Assembly: GCF_020745735.1 (NCBI RefSeq)
Contig: NW_026867481.1
Location: 186,001 to 233,139, forward strand
Direction of reading: 5' to 3'
From: Hemiscyllium ocellatum
Taxonomy: Eukaryota
DNA length: 47,139 nt
Shown: piece after piece, positions 21,119 to 35,069 of the stretch
Numbering within the stretch: position 1 is the stretch's first letter
Layout: every line of letters begins with the position of its first letter
Program-made: the position numbers and the translations under genes
The notes under the pieces: model-generated
Database searches by the model: none
Told to the model about the DNA's origin: nothing
The model's input: only the letters and a program-made list of their open reading frames with translations

Positions 21119-23629
21119 TGTATGAGAACAGGTGTGATCTATTATCCTAGATGTGAATTTTAAAGTCTATGCTCACCAGTGACAGAATGTATGAGAGACT
21201 GTGTAAGTGTGAACTAGTATATGTATGAGTGAACCAGAGAGTATAGCACTTTGGCATCCGCAAACACAAACTTTTACCAAGCAATTGGTATTTTTCATCA
21301 CCCAATGTTGGATTTATTATTTCTTAATATCAAACACATTAACATTCACATCTGAGATCGTTTGTCTGGGGATGCTGATCGTGTAAAATTGGAAGGGAAA
21401 ATGTGTGCTTGAAATTGACAGTTTGTTTCAGGTTAACATTCCGACAATTGCCCATTTTCTCCCCCCTCCTTTCTTAAAGACATGGGTTTCGTTAGCTACC
21501 TTTCAGTCCATTGCATCTTTGCAGATTCTACACAATGCTTGAATTTGATCAACAACGTGTCCATTATTTCTAAGGACCCTTCCTTAAGTCCTCTGGGATG
21601 CAGAGCATAAGCCTGATGGGGGACTTTTGAGCTCTCTATTCACATCGCAATAGCAGATTTTGCAGTCAGGTTGTATTTTCAGTAAGATTACTTTCCTATT
21701 ATTGTTTGCCAGTCCGAATTAAACCCTGTATCGTCCTATGCTGAGATTTTCAAATGTCATTGTGATACTAAGCCCAAATTTTAACATTTCAAACGCCTAC
21801 ACTGTTATGCCTCTCCTGTTCCATTAACATTCTCCAACATCCCAGATCTCATTGTCTCTCTAATACTGCCCTCTTCTGCATTCCTGATTTCCAAAATTAT
21901 ATCTTTACACTTTGTGTATTTAAGCTCTGTAACCTCAGTCGTCTGAGATTGCTTCTTAAATAACTTTCATTCGTTGTTCGGGACGTACCTTAAAATCTGA
22001 CTTAATTGTCAAGAATGTTTTTCTTCTTGCATAACGCTTTCAGGTGTCTTTAGGCAAAAAGTGGGTTCAGTTAAACGCCTGTGAGAATACCATTGTAGGC
22101 ATTAGAGAAACCATAATTCTATCTCTAAAGCAAAACTAGATATTGGCAATAAATATTGAGATTGCCAGTTGTGGTCCTATCCCAATAAGACTTAACAATA
22201 TAAGCTATCCAAAATGAATAACTCATCAGCATAAAGCATTATTCACATTACTGTTAGTATCGTGGACATATATATTTTTAACACTCTTTAATGTTTCTAT
22301 TCATGTCTCCAGAAAAATCAATTAAGAATAAGGAAACTGAGATAGATCTCACTATACAACAACTAATACTTCATTCTAAGATCACACTAACCATTCTTGT
22401 AATCGATAGATATATATTGTCTGTGCTACAATGAAGTTAACATAGTGCCTGAGTTGTTTCCATTCACCACTTATAATGTCATAAGATTAGACTACAAACT
22501 GCAAGCTGTTGTATGACAACACTTATTACTTGCCAGAACAGAAATAAGTGCAATTTGCTAATTTCGAATCTAACGTAATGTCTGACAATATAATAGATTA
22601 ATGTTACACGATAACACACGAAGCTTCATATTTCAACCAAGTAATAAGCAGTGTGACAATGAATTCATAGTAAACATTGCAATAAATCTTGCAATGCTCC
22701 ATAATATAGTCACAAGTGTTTTGCTAGAGTTCATCCATACGAAAGCACAATGTCATACAAGACACGCACAAATGAAATTCTCTGATAGTATTCAGTATTG
22801 GAAAAAAATTAAGCCGATCCTCAACAGGGAGAGACTGTATTTTCAGGGTTGTAAACAGAGATGAAAAGCTTATTTCTAAGTCTACTTCCTACGAATATTA
22901 ATGACCACTTGAATCTGATAGCAAATGACAATGGTTTCTCAATGCAACGTATTTCAGAAACGAAACTATTTCTCAATGCTGTGTAGCTCAGCTCTGCCAG
23001 ATATTCATTTAGGCCCTCAGGTATTCATAGTGAGAGTGTCCAGACATATAATGAAGTTTCAGACTGAATTTCACTTCGAATCTATTGGAGAAACAAACTA
23101 AATAACACTTCTGTGGAGTTAAGTTGCAAAACTGTGAGAAGCATGATGTTTTTATACTTGGAGGCGAACTGCTGGCCAGTTCCATATCGCCATACGCCAT
23201 GTCATTACGACTGTCACGTGAAACTACTCAATCTAAATACTGAGATGAGATCTGTTCAAAAATAATTTCTTCCCACTTCTTCCGAGTCCTTTTTTTAAAA
23301 CAATTAGGTGGCGGATTAGTTTGCAGCTTTTGTTTATTGGGAGTTATTTTAGCATATGAGCGCTAATGTCACGTAATTATTTCAATCGACATGTATCACA
23401 TCTATTTGAAATCATTATGCCCTATAGGGGAGGGTTTCCGAGGTGAGGACCATCACATGCAAAGTCTGTGCCATGTAGAACTGCAGATCTTTTATGTATT
23501 TCTATGAAACTATCCCTGCAGTAAATGTCTCCAAATATAATCGTCTGGTTAATAACTTTATATTTAATCAAGATTCACAAATATGATGGTACTGTCCAAG
23601 AGAGCAGGTGCATATTTCCTTGAAGGTGA

Positions 23630-24250
23630 AATGAGGCGTAGGGCAAGTTAGTGAAAAAAAAGACGTTTGGTATACTTGGATTAATAGTGAGTTATATGAT
23701 TAGAGGATGTCATGTGCTACCTGACAACACATTGGTTAAGATATTTCAGGAATGCTGCCTTCAGTTCTGGTCTCGCTGCTATAGGAAAAATATTGTTAAA
23801 TTTGAATGGGGAATGGAAATGTCATAATGATTCGACGTTTTGAAGTGTAAGGATAGGCAGAATAAGGCAGAATAACTGGGGGACATTTCCCGTCGAGCAT
23901 CGGATGTTGAAGAGTGACCTGAAAATATTTATCAAATCATGAGGAGCATGGATATGGTGAATCGCGAAAGTCATTTCCTCAGGATAGACTAGCCAAACGC
24001 CAGAGAGCATAAGATTCGGGTGGAAAAGAGAAAGAGCTAAAAGGAAGCGAAGGGAAAGCGTTTTCATGGAGATGGCAGTGCGTGTATGAAATGAGCTGCC
24101 AAAGAAAATGTTGGGCGTTGGTGAAATTGCAACATTTTAAATTGTAGACTGATATGTTCCAAATTGGGCAAATGGGACGAGATTTGTTTTGGATATCTTG
24201 TGAGCATGGCCGAGTAGCACAGAACTGTCAGTTTCTGTGCTCTTCAACCG
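23630..24250 (+). mobile_element. CR1-type LINE 3' end
   Basis: Degenerate ORF2 C-terminus (IMRSMDMVNRESHF...EHKIRVE...F.MEMAVRV*NELP) typical of CR1 3' ends. Confidence 0.7.
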
Positions 24251-24475
24251 CCTGATTTTAAATGGCCTGATGCAATATAAAATGACTTATCATTAAGTGA
24301 CTCCACGCATGATGCATGGTTTTGATCTGCGGCATCAAATGCATTAGTAACGGAAACATTAATAGTATAACGTCGAATACTACATGCTCTGATGTGGTAT
24401 GAAATGGGAATAAGCCGATGTAATATAAACAGTGGCAGCTATAAAGCAATATTGAAAAATAATGTCCTTTTTCAG

Positions 24476-24691
24476 CAACAACCTGCAAAGTTCAATCGAA
24501 TACAATTACAGTGAAATGTAGAAATCAACATGGCGCCAAATTAGAATAGTGGCACAAGATCGTGCAATAAGACATGCCGAAGGGCCCAGTGCTTTACATT
24601 TAGATGGCCCGACAAGTAAGTATAATGCATGATTCGAACACTGCAAAGTTATATCTGGTCAATGTAATGCAGAATGCTATGTGACACAGTT
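24476..24691 (+). pseudogene. Internally deleted V relic
   Basis: Acceptor TTTTTCAG in phase 1, then one frame NTITVKCRNQHGAKLE*WHKIVQ*DMPKGPVLYI*MARQVSIMHDSNTAKLYLVNV, heptamer CACAGTT at 24685-24691. Only ~210 nt; YYC missing. Confidence 0.4.
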
Positions 24692-25060
24692 TAGTCACAC
24701 CTGAGATTGACTCTGATATAACAAAACAAAGAGACATAATCAAACTGAGTACTTATACCAACTTCTAATTTAATATAAACAGAGACAGAAACTCGTGTAA
24801 TGTAAACAATTATAAGGATCAACGTAACATAATTCGCACCAAAGTTATTTGAAGTGGCAACAATGAAATTGCTTTCTGCAGCTATAACTCACACACAAAG
24901 ACTGCTGAACAGGAAACAAAAGATCTAATCATGCAGTGAGAATGACAAGTGTATACAATGTTACCTGAATAGAAGAATGAGCGAACATAGAAATGATTGA
25001 GGCAAAGAATATCTGGAGTAATAATTGTCAGGTCATTTGCCTGTTGTACTCAATAAGGAG

Positions 25061-25260
25061 TCTCGATTATAGTGGTGCTGGAAAAGCACAGCAGTTGAGG
25101 CAGCATCCGAGGAGCAGTAAAATCTGTATTCCTGATGAAGGCTTTTGCCCGAAACATTGATTTTACTGCTCCTCGGATGCTGCCTGAACTGCTGTGCTTT
25201 TCCAGCACCACTCTAATCTAGACTCTGGTTTCCAGCATCTGCAGTCATTGTCTTTACCTA
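25061..25260 (+). mobile_element. ~200-bp fold-back Penelope-derived insertion with 15-bp target-site duplication
   Basis: TSD GTACTCAATAAGGAG at 25046-25060 and 25261-25275. Inverted arms 25071-25124 and 25159-25212 (54 bp, 1 mismatch). The loop contains CUGAUGA-A-GGC(UUUU)GCCC-GAAAC-AUU. Confidence 0.88.
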
Positions 25261-27029
25261 GTACTCAATAAGGAGACAGGTCTAAATGTGCTGGAATGGT
25301 AGCGCCCAAACCTTTGAGCCCGGCAAACCAGGTTCAAGTCTTACCTTTTATTGAGGCGTGTGATAAACTCTGAATAGCTCGATTTGTTCAATAAGGAACC
25401 ACGTTTGCGCATGCTGAAAAAGTAACATAGACCAAGGAGTAAGAAAGTATCACAATAGCCATAAAACCTGTAGAAGCACAAACAGGTGCTTCTAACCAAG
25501 ACAAGAATGATAATTGCAGCACAGAAGAAGGGAATTTTGCCAATCCGATACATACGAGCTCTGATTAGCAATAATGCACATAATATCATATCCTGTATCA
25601 TAGAACATTGGAATTTACGAATTCTGTGCAGTGATAATTAATCGATAACTGCACAAATTAAAGAAAACCACTCTGGCCATCGTATCTAATCTTATGAGGG
25701 TTAAAAAAAAGCAATCGAATCTAATTCATTTCTAATTATTTGTTAGTAAACCGTGTTGTTCAACGCTTATGACTTCCACCCCTTTGTTGAAAGGGTTAAA
25801 GGCTTATTCCGTTGAAATTTCAGGCGGCAGTTTTCAGACCACACATAACATCCAAGTTAAAAACATCTAAACATTTTATCTCCCCTCTAAACCTTTTATC
25901 AACAGCATATAAGCTATTCCTCCGAGTTACTGGCGTCTCAAGCAAAGGTAATGCATGTTTTCAATCTGATCCATCCAGGCCACAGAAAAGTTTGAACTAC
26001 ACAAAAAAAATCTCCCCTTAAGGTTCTCACCCTCAGGGAAAAAAATACAGAGTCTGTCAAAACTACCCTCATCATTAATTTTCCAGTCCTGTCAAAACCC
26101 CATAAATTGCCTAGTTGCCCTCTGGAATGCAAGTGCATCTTTCCATCTCAATGTTCCGAGTACAATAATAATCAAGGCATGATGAGATATGTTAAAGAGA
26201 ACCAAATTTGGTTAGAGACTTCTATTCATGGATTGGATTCTGAACAAATGCTGTATAAAAATGTGTTCACGTTTCGATTTACCTCCATGCTGAGCTGTGA
26301 ACCATTCGACAGGGATACAACAAGTTACCTAAAACGTCAGAGCCTTTTGTATTTGTTTACAAAGTTGAAACCATCATTTCACAAAGCGTTGAGCGCTTCT
26401 TTTTATTATAAAGATGTTTGGACAACTGGCGTTTAAAGAAAAAAACGGAACAATGCTTCCATGCTTTGCAGGCAGACAGTTCTGTGTGCATTAGATTTGA
26501 ACTTGTTCATTTTACGTGAAATGCTCCATGCCTGTGTGTCCTCTTATAGCCCAGAAGGTCCCCTGTGTCCGTTATACAATTTCTTTTCATTGCTGCCTGC
26601 GACTTTTGAACAACTGTATTCTTCTCAACTTATCGTTTCCTGTAGTCTTAAGTCAGAGCTTGGCCAAAGTGTTCATTGTTCAGTGCATGTTTCTGTGATA
26701 GACCATAAGTGAAAAACGAATGGAGTTCAAATATTTGCAACTGTGATATTTAAATAAAACCGTAGACACTGAATTTTAACCGTTTGTATCGTCCTTTCAA
26801 TTGTTGTTACATTTCGATTAACTGCACGTGATACTGCTGAATGTTAGGGACCTGAAAATCAGTAAAAGCTGAATTTCAGCATCGGTGTGAATTCAAGCCA
26901 TTGAAGAAGAAAAGAGAGGAACCGTTTATTCGAACGTTCGTTACTTCTATCAATTGAATTTATATATATATTGATATTATCAGTAGATTTCTCATAAGTT
27001 ATCCAGATTTCCACTTGAATGAATCTATT

Positions 27030-27860
27030 GAATGGCCTGTTAGCCTTCTTCCCTCCAATGAGAACAGGCCTAAGTCCCTCAGCATTTTATTATAAGACCA
27101 TTGCTTCAGACCAGGCAACTTCCTGGTAAATCTCTTCTGCACTTTTTCCGATGCTTTCACATCCATCCTTTAATAAGGCAACCAGATCTGAACACAACAC
27201 ACCACGTGAGGCCGCACTAGCATTTTGTACAGTTGCAACATGACGTCACGGCTCCGGAACTCAATCCCTCTACCACCAAAACCTGACACATTGTATGCCT
27301 TATTAATAGAAATATTAACCTGGTTGGCAACTTTCTTGGATGTATGCACATGGACACCCAGATCGCTCTACACATCCACACAACCAAGAATCTTTCCATT
27401 GACCTAGTATTCTGCCTTCCTTTTATTCTTCCCAAAGTGAATCACGTCACATTTATCTGCCTTGAACTCTACTTGCCACCTTTCATCTCAGTTCTGCAGT
27501 TTATTCAAGTCTCTCTGTAACCTGCAAGCTTTTTCCAAACTGTCACCACTCCACCAATTTTTGTATCACCTGCAAACGGACTAATCCATCCACTTTTACT
27601 TGCGTCAAAGTCTTTCATAAAAATCAGAAACAGCAATGGTCCCAAAACAGAACCCTGTGGCACACCACTAATAACTGGACTCCAGGCTGAATATTACCTG
27701 TACTATCGCTGCTGCCTTTCTTCAACAAAGCACAGCATTTGCTATCCTCCAGTCCTCTGGTACTAAACCTGTCAATAACGACGACTCAAAGATCAAGACC
27801 ATAGGCCCGGCCATCCCCTTACTAGCTTCCCAGAGAATTCACTGGAAAATCCAGAGAACA
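27030..27860 (-). mobile_element. CR1-type LINE RT/C-terminal fragment
   Basis: Reverse complement contains the VTSGVPQGS-type segment (ggtcccaaaacagaaccctgtggcacaccactaataac) and the downstream LQLYKMLVRPH-like region. Confidence 0.8.
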
Positions 27861-28269
27861 TATCTACCATCACATTACCTATGGAAAAGAAATCCGTGGC
27901 ATAGATGGAAAGGAAGAATGTTTCAACAATCTGACTCTTCGGATAGCATGTTTCTCATTTGATGTTAGGTGAGGACGACTGGTCCTGAACTCACTTAAGT
28001 TTTGAAGAATAAGAGGGAACCGATCCGAAACATTTTGAGATGGATTGAAAGTCTGCATCTATGGCGAGTGGGGGTAGACGTTGGTATGTTGATGAACTCG
28101 AACATTGGATAGCCTTCTTAGAATACACAGTGTAAAATTAGGATTGATAGTATTCGAGGTTTCTCCACGCAGAGAGTGGTGAACCTATCTGTGTCCTATG
28201 TGGAAAATTTTCAACGGGATTGCTGAATTCCAGATACATTACATCAACTGCACTCTCCCGATCGCCTCT

Positions 28270-28655
28270 TCAAATTGTTCAATCTGTTTGATTCTGACCC
28301 ATGCCGTGCCAACTGTCCCTGATTACTAATTGAAGAGTAGTTCTGTTCTTCTGAATATTATTAAATCATTTCCCTGCCCTTGATGTGTCACGGACTAGTC
28401 TGCAAGTTTCGGGTACATCCCAACCATACTTCGTGAAAATTGGAATCACATTAGTTGTTCTCCGCCCCTCTGGTAACTGTAGCCAGAATGAAAACAAAAG
28501 TTGGGTCAGTATATTTTCGTTTTCTCCCTCACTTCCCACAGCAAACTGTATTACAACGCATCCCGACCTTGGATATCCATTCTGATTTCCCATTTGAACT
28601 AAGAGTGAACATTAATTGAGAGGGGTTGTAACTTGAGGCGTTTGCAGTCACTTAC
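28270..28655 (-). pseudogene. Decayed V relic with leader donor and RSS-like end
   Basis: GTAAGT donor at 28650-28655 after the hydrophobic ALIGPGMIVTVIE-G. Acceptor CTTAG in phase 1 at 28599. Fragments GSEGENENI and FWLQLPEG. CACGGCA-23 nt-ACAATTTGA at 28270-28308. Confidence 0.4.
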
Positions 28656-30428
28656 CTTCTATGACAGTCACTATCATTCCAGGTCCAATCAGGGCATCTT
28701 ATTTCCAAAATAGTGACACCTCTCTTAGTCAGCCCAGAACAACAAGTATTGGCAGTTTATTACGTCTCACTTGGTTCAAACCCCTCAGCTCTGCTGCTAA
28801 TTACAGAAGGGATTTTAATGAATTAACAGTATTACATATTTCTCAAATTCTGTTGTTGAAAGCAGTATTTTATGAGACTCGAATTCTTCACAGGTTAACT
28901 CTGGGACACGGTTCATAGATGATCACTTCATGGAAATGGGGGGAAATATCACAAGGAGATAAGAGAAAAAGGAAAATTGAAGGAAATTGTGCCAAAGATA
29001 CGGAATCTAATGGATACACTAAATTGTGTCCCCAGGTTCCAGCTCTTAGAAGTGGATGGCAATTTCTGCTCTGGACTCCAAACTGCATTTAGCATTCCCA
29101 ACACTTACACAGATTCTATTCACAAGAATAAGAAAAAGGTAGCATCTATACAAACTCGGGCATGTTCAAATTTGCAGATGTTAACGCTATACAACAGTAA
29201 AATTAGAAATAATAATGGGTGACAAATGGTGTGATGTAGAACTATGCGTTTGGCTACGAAGAGAATGCCTGGACTTTATCCTTTGTTTCTGTAAACAAAA
29301 TGGAGGATTTTCTTTTGTATTGTGCAATGTATTTGGCCATCACTCTGTAGCAGTGATTTGCTTTTCTGTGATAGTGTCAGTGCCTTCAATTCCTACACCT
29401 CGAATTTCCAGTGTAAATGCATTTTATTCTATATTCATCCGGACAACAAATCTTATTCGGCTCGAAATATTCTTCCGGTCTCTCCTGGTCTAGCTTTGCT
29501 TGAGGAAATATCTGTCTGGGAAACGATGACTCCAGTTCTGTATGAAATAAATGCCTGACGGTTGGTGAGACTGACTCCCCTTCCTGGTCATCTCTGTTGG
29601 GGTCAGTGTCATGGACTGACTGAAAGCACCTGGAAATTAAACAGACAGCGGTTAATTGATAATCAGAGCAAAGGAATACAACAAATGTTGCTAACCTTTG
29701 GCTATATCAACAGGAGGTCTGGTCGTGGTCAACATTACTTTGAATCAAAATAATGTCTACTTGTTTCATCGGTGCTCACGGGTAGCCAGATACAGTGTGA
29801 AAATAGCAAAGATTTTGAGGATTCTGCCACCTACAGATGATGATTTACATGATGTACAGGCGCGGCCTGCAGATAAGAACTATTTAAGGACACAGAACCT
29901 CGCAGTTGCAATGAAATACTCGAAAGAATCGAGCAGATCTCCTCAGTGAATCTACTGAGATAATTGATGGACGGCACAGTTCTCTTAGACCACACAGTTT
30001 GTTATTCGAATGCTGCAAGTTTCAAAGAGGTACCATGCAGCATTCTGTGAAACTGATGTGAATGTTGTTCACAACTTAGTTTGATAGCTCTGGCATCTGT
30101 GATGTGATTTTGAGTCGGTGAATACGCTTAATTTCCACTGCAAGTATAAGGAAAGAAATCGATCCCTGCACCTTAATTGGGTGGGGCATGACTCGACAAA
30201 GTGATTCGCCAATCCACAGGCAAATGGAAAAAAAAATACGTTTCGAATAAACTGTCTCTGTCATTTGATCCAATCTCTCTTGCGTCCTTCTCCAATGCAA
30301 ACTGCATTTAATATGGACCTTCAGCACGATTTCTGCCTTGGTACATGCACAGTTGCAGTGACAGAAATTAAGCTGAACCTGAAAAAGAAATAGATACTTG
30401 GGAATTTTTTCCAAAAAAAATCTTTATG

Positions 30429-30850
30429 TTAGACTAGATTTTCTTCGGCTATTCTGACACTGGAGCTGATACAATAACCTTGATCTCTGTCTATCAAAGT
30501 TGAATTCTTGCCATGCCAGCGCTGATTACACGAATACACCACTATTTTTTCTATACTATTGACCTTCCACAAGGATACTGCATCATGCCACACCTTTGTT
30601 CGTATTAAAGTAGTCATCAGTTTTTGCACACGACTATACCTGAGCTAATATTATACTCTTACACAAACTGCATCGGTTTTCATGTTACTCAACTGTTGAT
30701 TACAATGGGCTTTTCTCCAGTTATTCCTACACTGTAGCATGCCACATTTTATATCTTATTGACCATGTCTCTCTGCACTTGATGTTACAACTTCTAATCC
30801 ATGTTTTACTAATTAATCTATATTGCTCCGCCCTTATTTCAGACACATGA
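30429..30850 (-). mobile_element. Degenerate CR1-type LINE fragment
   Basis: ORF 30429-30629 (QKLMTTLIRTKVWHDAVSLWKVNSIEKIVV) resembles LYKTLVRP.LEYCVQFWSP. Confidence 0.5.
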
Positions 30851-33800
30851 TTGTATGCATCATTTGTTTCCAGACTGTAAATCTCGAAATCATTCTCAAG
30901 CAGTTTGGCATAATGTCTTAACTATGGAGTTGGTTAAAGGTCTGGAGCCACATTGAGGCCCTAAGTGGCAATCTTTCATGTTATTTGTATTTCAAATACT
31001 TACAATAGTGTCAAAAATTCTTCACTTATCCCCATGATTATAGCACATTTGGCAGGCAGATTTAAATTTATAAATGAACTGAAAACCTGTATTAGGACTG
31101 CAACTCACTCAGGAGCATAATTCTGTAATGCTATTGCCGGATTCCCACAAGGCACAACGTTCGTTCAGGGCACAGTGCCTTCATCCATAACCTGTTGTGA
31201 TGTGAAGCAAATAGAATTGGCCGAGGCCAGGGATTTGTGGTGGTCAGTACAACTCAAATGAAGAGTACCCATCAGCTGCTCTTTGTCTCTTGCTATTATG
31301 TGGGAGAATAACGTGACACATACTATGAAGTTCAGTATAAGTTTGTCTGATGTTGTGTAAGGTTGTATGCTTGTGGGGACTGAAGATCGGTCTGTTCTTC
31401 CATCAATAAAAGCATGACTGATCTGCATGAAGTGGATTGCGAAATCACTTCGTGCATACTGCCAAATAACATATGAAGATATTCTGTTGAAATGCTCGAG
31501 AATGAACTAAAGGTTTCTAACGAAAGCGCAATCCCTGTTTGATTAATCATTTTACAAATAAATAGTGCGCGATCCAAGCGATGAGATCATTTTTTTAGTT
31601 CAAAATGGACATTTTACCACTGAATCTATAGATTCCCCAGTAACATGCAGCATTGTGATTGTCTCTCCACAGTTGCACCACGAAATTGTGCTGAAGCAAC
31701 AATGTTGAATGCTTGTGGGCAGGGATTCTGGAAGGTCCTGAAACCACAGCAACGATCACTCTCGCCATGATAGAATAATACCTGCCACTTGCTCGATCGA
31801 ACTTGTCAGGAACAACCTGTTACTGAGAGCCTGTGTAGATTATTCATTCCTCAATCCAAGGTAAAATGCTGGCAGAACTTATTCAGGAAGCTTTGTCCAT
31901 ATGAGACGCCAAGATAAATAGCAGGCAGTAGATACATTGGCAATGTCATTTTGGGGAATAAAGTGAGACGCATCGTCGATATTCTCAAACACTTTTCTGC
32001 TGTCATCTTTTACGCAATTTTATAGTGAAGTGTTCTTTGTGTCGACAGGAAACCAGAGGAGGCATGCCAAACGGACTTAAATTTTGAGACTTACTCAGGG
32101 GTACTACATCTACTCTAGGCCAAGAGCTCTGAATTCAAAACGCATCTGCCCAGACCTGTTCCATAAGAGAGTAGAGCAGGTAACTTCTATTTGTTGTTTC
32201 TTCCATATACAAATGATTCAGTTCACAAAAAGAGAAGCATTCCTCCAGGACCAAGTTGCTGCATGGATCACACAAACTTCACGATCACACAAATGACGGC
32301 ATAAAGTGCATAAGAAGTGCAAAACATACAAATTGCTGTGTAATAAAAGAATGATATTTTATAGAAATTTTTCTATCAGCAATTCCAAACTGTGCAAAAA
32401 ATTTCAGATGAAAACGAATCCAATCATACAGTGTTCAGGAGCCTGATGTAAAGAAACTGCTGCACAGTCTGACCTTGAGAGACCCAATGCTCTGGTATCT
32501 TCTGCCAGATGACAGGAGGGAAAAGTGTTTGAATAAGGGATGTGTGTTGTCTTCCACAATGGCCTTAGACTTTTGGATGCAGCGTGTGGTGTAATTTAGA
32601 TTTTGTTGTCATTTGTACTCAACTACTGAAATATAAAAAATACAATGAAATGTGTGAAAGTCACAATTCTTTGGAGCCATTTTAGTACACAAACACAAAG
32701 GATGAAAAACAAAATCAGAAATAAAAGAAGGAGCAAAAAGAAAAATGAAACATTTAGATTGGTTCCCGCATGAGACCTCACACCCAGAATAGCAAAGCTA
32801 CCAAGTACATTCCTCAGTCTGCGCATACTCAGTTACAGCAAGACCTCACAATTCTGATGGAGCCAGTAGGCCAACGCTTCCACCGTCCATTACATGGTGC
32901 CAGGCATGGGCTGCAATCATGCCATCGCTGTTGGCACCATGTCACTATTCTATTACTCCATATCGCCTGTATGGTTTTCCTGATACACTACCCTCCACTT
33001 ATTGAGCAGTCAATAGTGTTTCCACAAAGTAACTTTGTGGTCATCCAAGATAAAGAAGTGTGCTGTATTCCGCTGCTCGCTATAATATGTAGGCCTCTGA
33101 GTTCCACAGTTTTGAGGAAGCAGTGCAGAACGTTGATCCAGTAAGTTTGCTTTTTTTTTCTTGGCTTTGACCCTTTTAGAACTTTTCTTCGGATACTACA
33201 GAAAGGACGAGGTCCAATACAGAATCATTTCGAATTATGTATGCTTGAGATCATGATTTACACTTTGACATACGATGAACATGCACAATTCTTTTACAAC
33301 GCAGAAATCTTACAATCAGAACACAATGCATTGGCTTCAGATGCAACCAAAATGTCACTCCAAGTATGGCATAAGATTTTCTTGTCTTTGATGAGGATCA
33401 TCATCAGGGTGTTCTCGGAATACATTACCCGGGAGTCCCATGGAGACAAGTAAACAGCCTTTTCGACCTGTTTCTTAATCACAGCAGCTGCCTTTCTTTG
33501 TGTCCAAGTGCTCCAAACCGAATCGAAACTAATTTTCGTCATCTAAGCAGCAACGCTCGTCACAATAATGTTTACAAAATTAGCGGTTCATCGTTCATAT
33601 GGCTGTTTGTTTCAATACCTGCAATGCATTGGACAGCAGTGTAATTTCATCAACGGCCGGGATTGTTAAATAAGTAAGTAAGCAAGGAAGGTGGACTCAA
33701 CTTGATCTGTTTTTTTTTATCAAAAGTACATTTACGTGTATTTGTGTATACAAATTGACACAACATTTTAATGAACTTATGTATCCACGAAACCAAATGC

Positions 33801-34400
33801 GTTAACAACCGTGACTCTGCTGACATGTTCATGCTGAGTGGAACACTATGGAGCTGTCTCTTTGGACAGATTATTGGCCAATTATGATTGCATATCAGTG
33901 AAGACAGGCTTCACGTACCCTGAAAGCAGCTGTTTTCAATGACCTATCCGCAGATTGAACTCAACCAATTGCATTACAGAATATCAGAATCACGTTGCAC
34001 TTGGTGAGTGATCAAGCAGAAAAAATAAGTTCAGTAGTGAAAAGGTGGTTGTGTCTTCCAAGACAATTTGCGTCTCTCAGGCTGGTCACAAGTTGGAACG
34101 CCTGCTTTGTCCCAAAGTCCAGTTAATCATCATGTTGTTATCGGACGAAATGCAACTGGGGTAGATCCATAATCGTTGCCCATTGTCTGTTGGAACAGTA
34201 CCTTAGCCCTTGATAAAATATCAATTCCAACTCTTCGTAAACGTCAGTCGAACAGCTGGTGCACTGGTCTGTTTTTGTTGAATAAATGCAATTAATATGA
34301 AACATGAAATATCTTAATTATTTCCCTCGAGACTTGCCAACAATTATAAATGTGAACATTTTGCATTGAAGTGCACAATGCATTGCAGCTTGCGTTAGAA

Positions 34401-34470
34401 ATGCACGGAATACCGAAGGGTCTGGTATTTGCCATATACTATCCTGCTCTTGCAGTAGTCGGAGTGCCAG
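34401..34470 (+). CDS. Exon 1 of a GPR139/GPR142-like class A GPCR
   Basis: ATG at 34401, MHGIPKGLVFAIYYPALAVVGVP-G (70 nt, phase 1) then CAG|GTGAAG. Supplies the missing first half of TM1 and joins exon 2 in frame to give GVPANL. Confidence 0.85.
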
Positions 34471-35069
34471 GTGAAGTACATAGCTTCAGTCACAATTGCT
34501 TCAATTCTAACTTTGGTTACTAACACATCTCGAAGATATGTATTTTCTCATTTTAATTAACGATGTCCGCCACTTCAACTGTACAAATTATTTCTCTTAT
34601 ATTGTGTCTGATTCTCTACACTGCCGATTTTCTACTTTAAGTGCTGTACTTCACAAGTTAACCTTAAATTCGCGTCATTGACTGAGATTTCTATCCATAA
34701 ATAATTTAATTTCCTACATTCATCGTGCTATTTCCTCAACATAATCGTTAATTTCTTCTCATGACCTGCTTCGTTTACTGCTTTAGCGTTTGTTTCACAG
34801 GGGGACGTCACCATTTTCATACATTTTTCCCAATTTAGCTTTATCATCTCAAGATTAAAATATTGTTCTCCTGTTTTATTCAGTCATTTTGGGTAAGTTA
34901 TGATAGTGCTACCACGTTTGGATGCTAGTATGCTGTATTATTCGGAATATTTCGAAGAGCCAAATGGCACAAAATTATTGCAATGGAAGTATTATCAGTG
35001 TTACTGTGGGAAAAGTATTGTAGTACTCCTTGCTGATGATGAATGTTATCAGCATGGAAGTGTGGGCCT

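Noticed and set aside
20805-21150. ORFs spanning the second gap, including GSTRRTLHC as a V FR1
   Set aside because: N-run artefact; the V resemblance is too short to support.
22977-23270. Possible V relic (DS.VMT, W.QQF, SNRF, CACAGCA)
   Set aside because: Needs several frameshifts to assemble; indistinguishable from chance by eye.
30076-30414. 112-aa minus ORF as a V exon (acceptor, IKC, LKIT)
   Set aside because: Cys-Trp spacing is wrong, no YYC, no RSS, and the frame does not match the acceptor phase.
33294-33542. ORF with ISFDS...AAAVI as a GPCR TM3-TM4 relic
   Set aside because: Only a few matching residues and wrong spacing; no flanking TM motifs.
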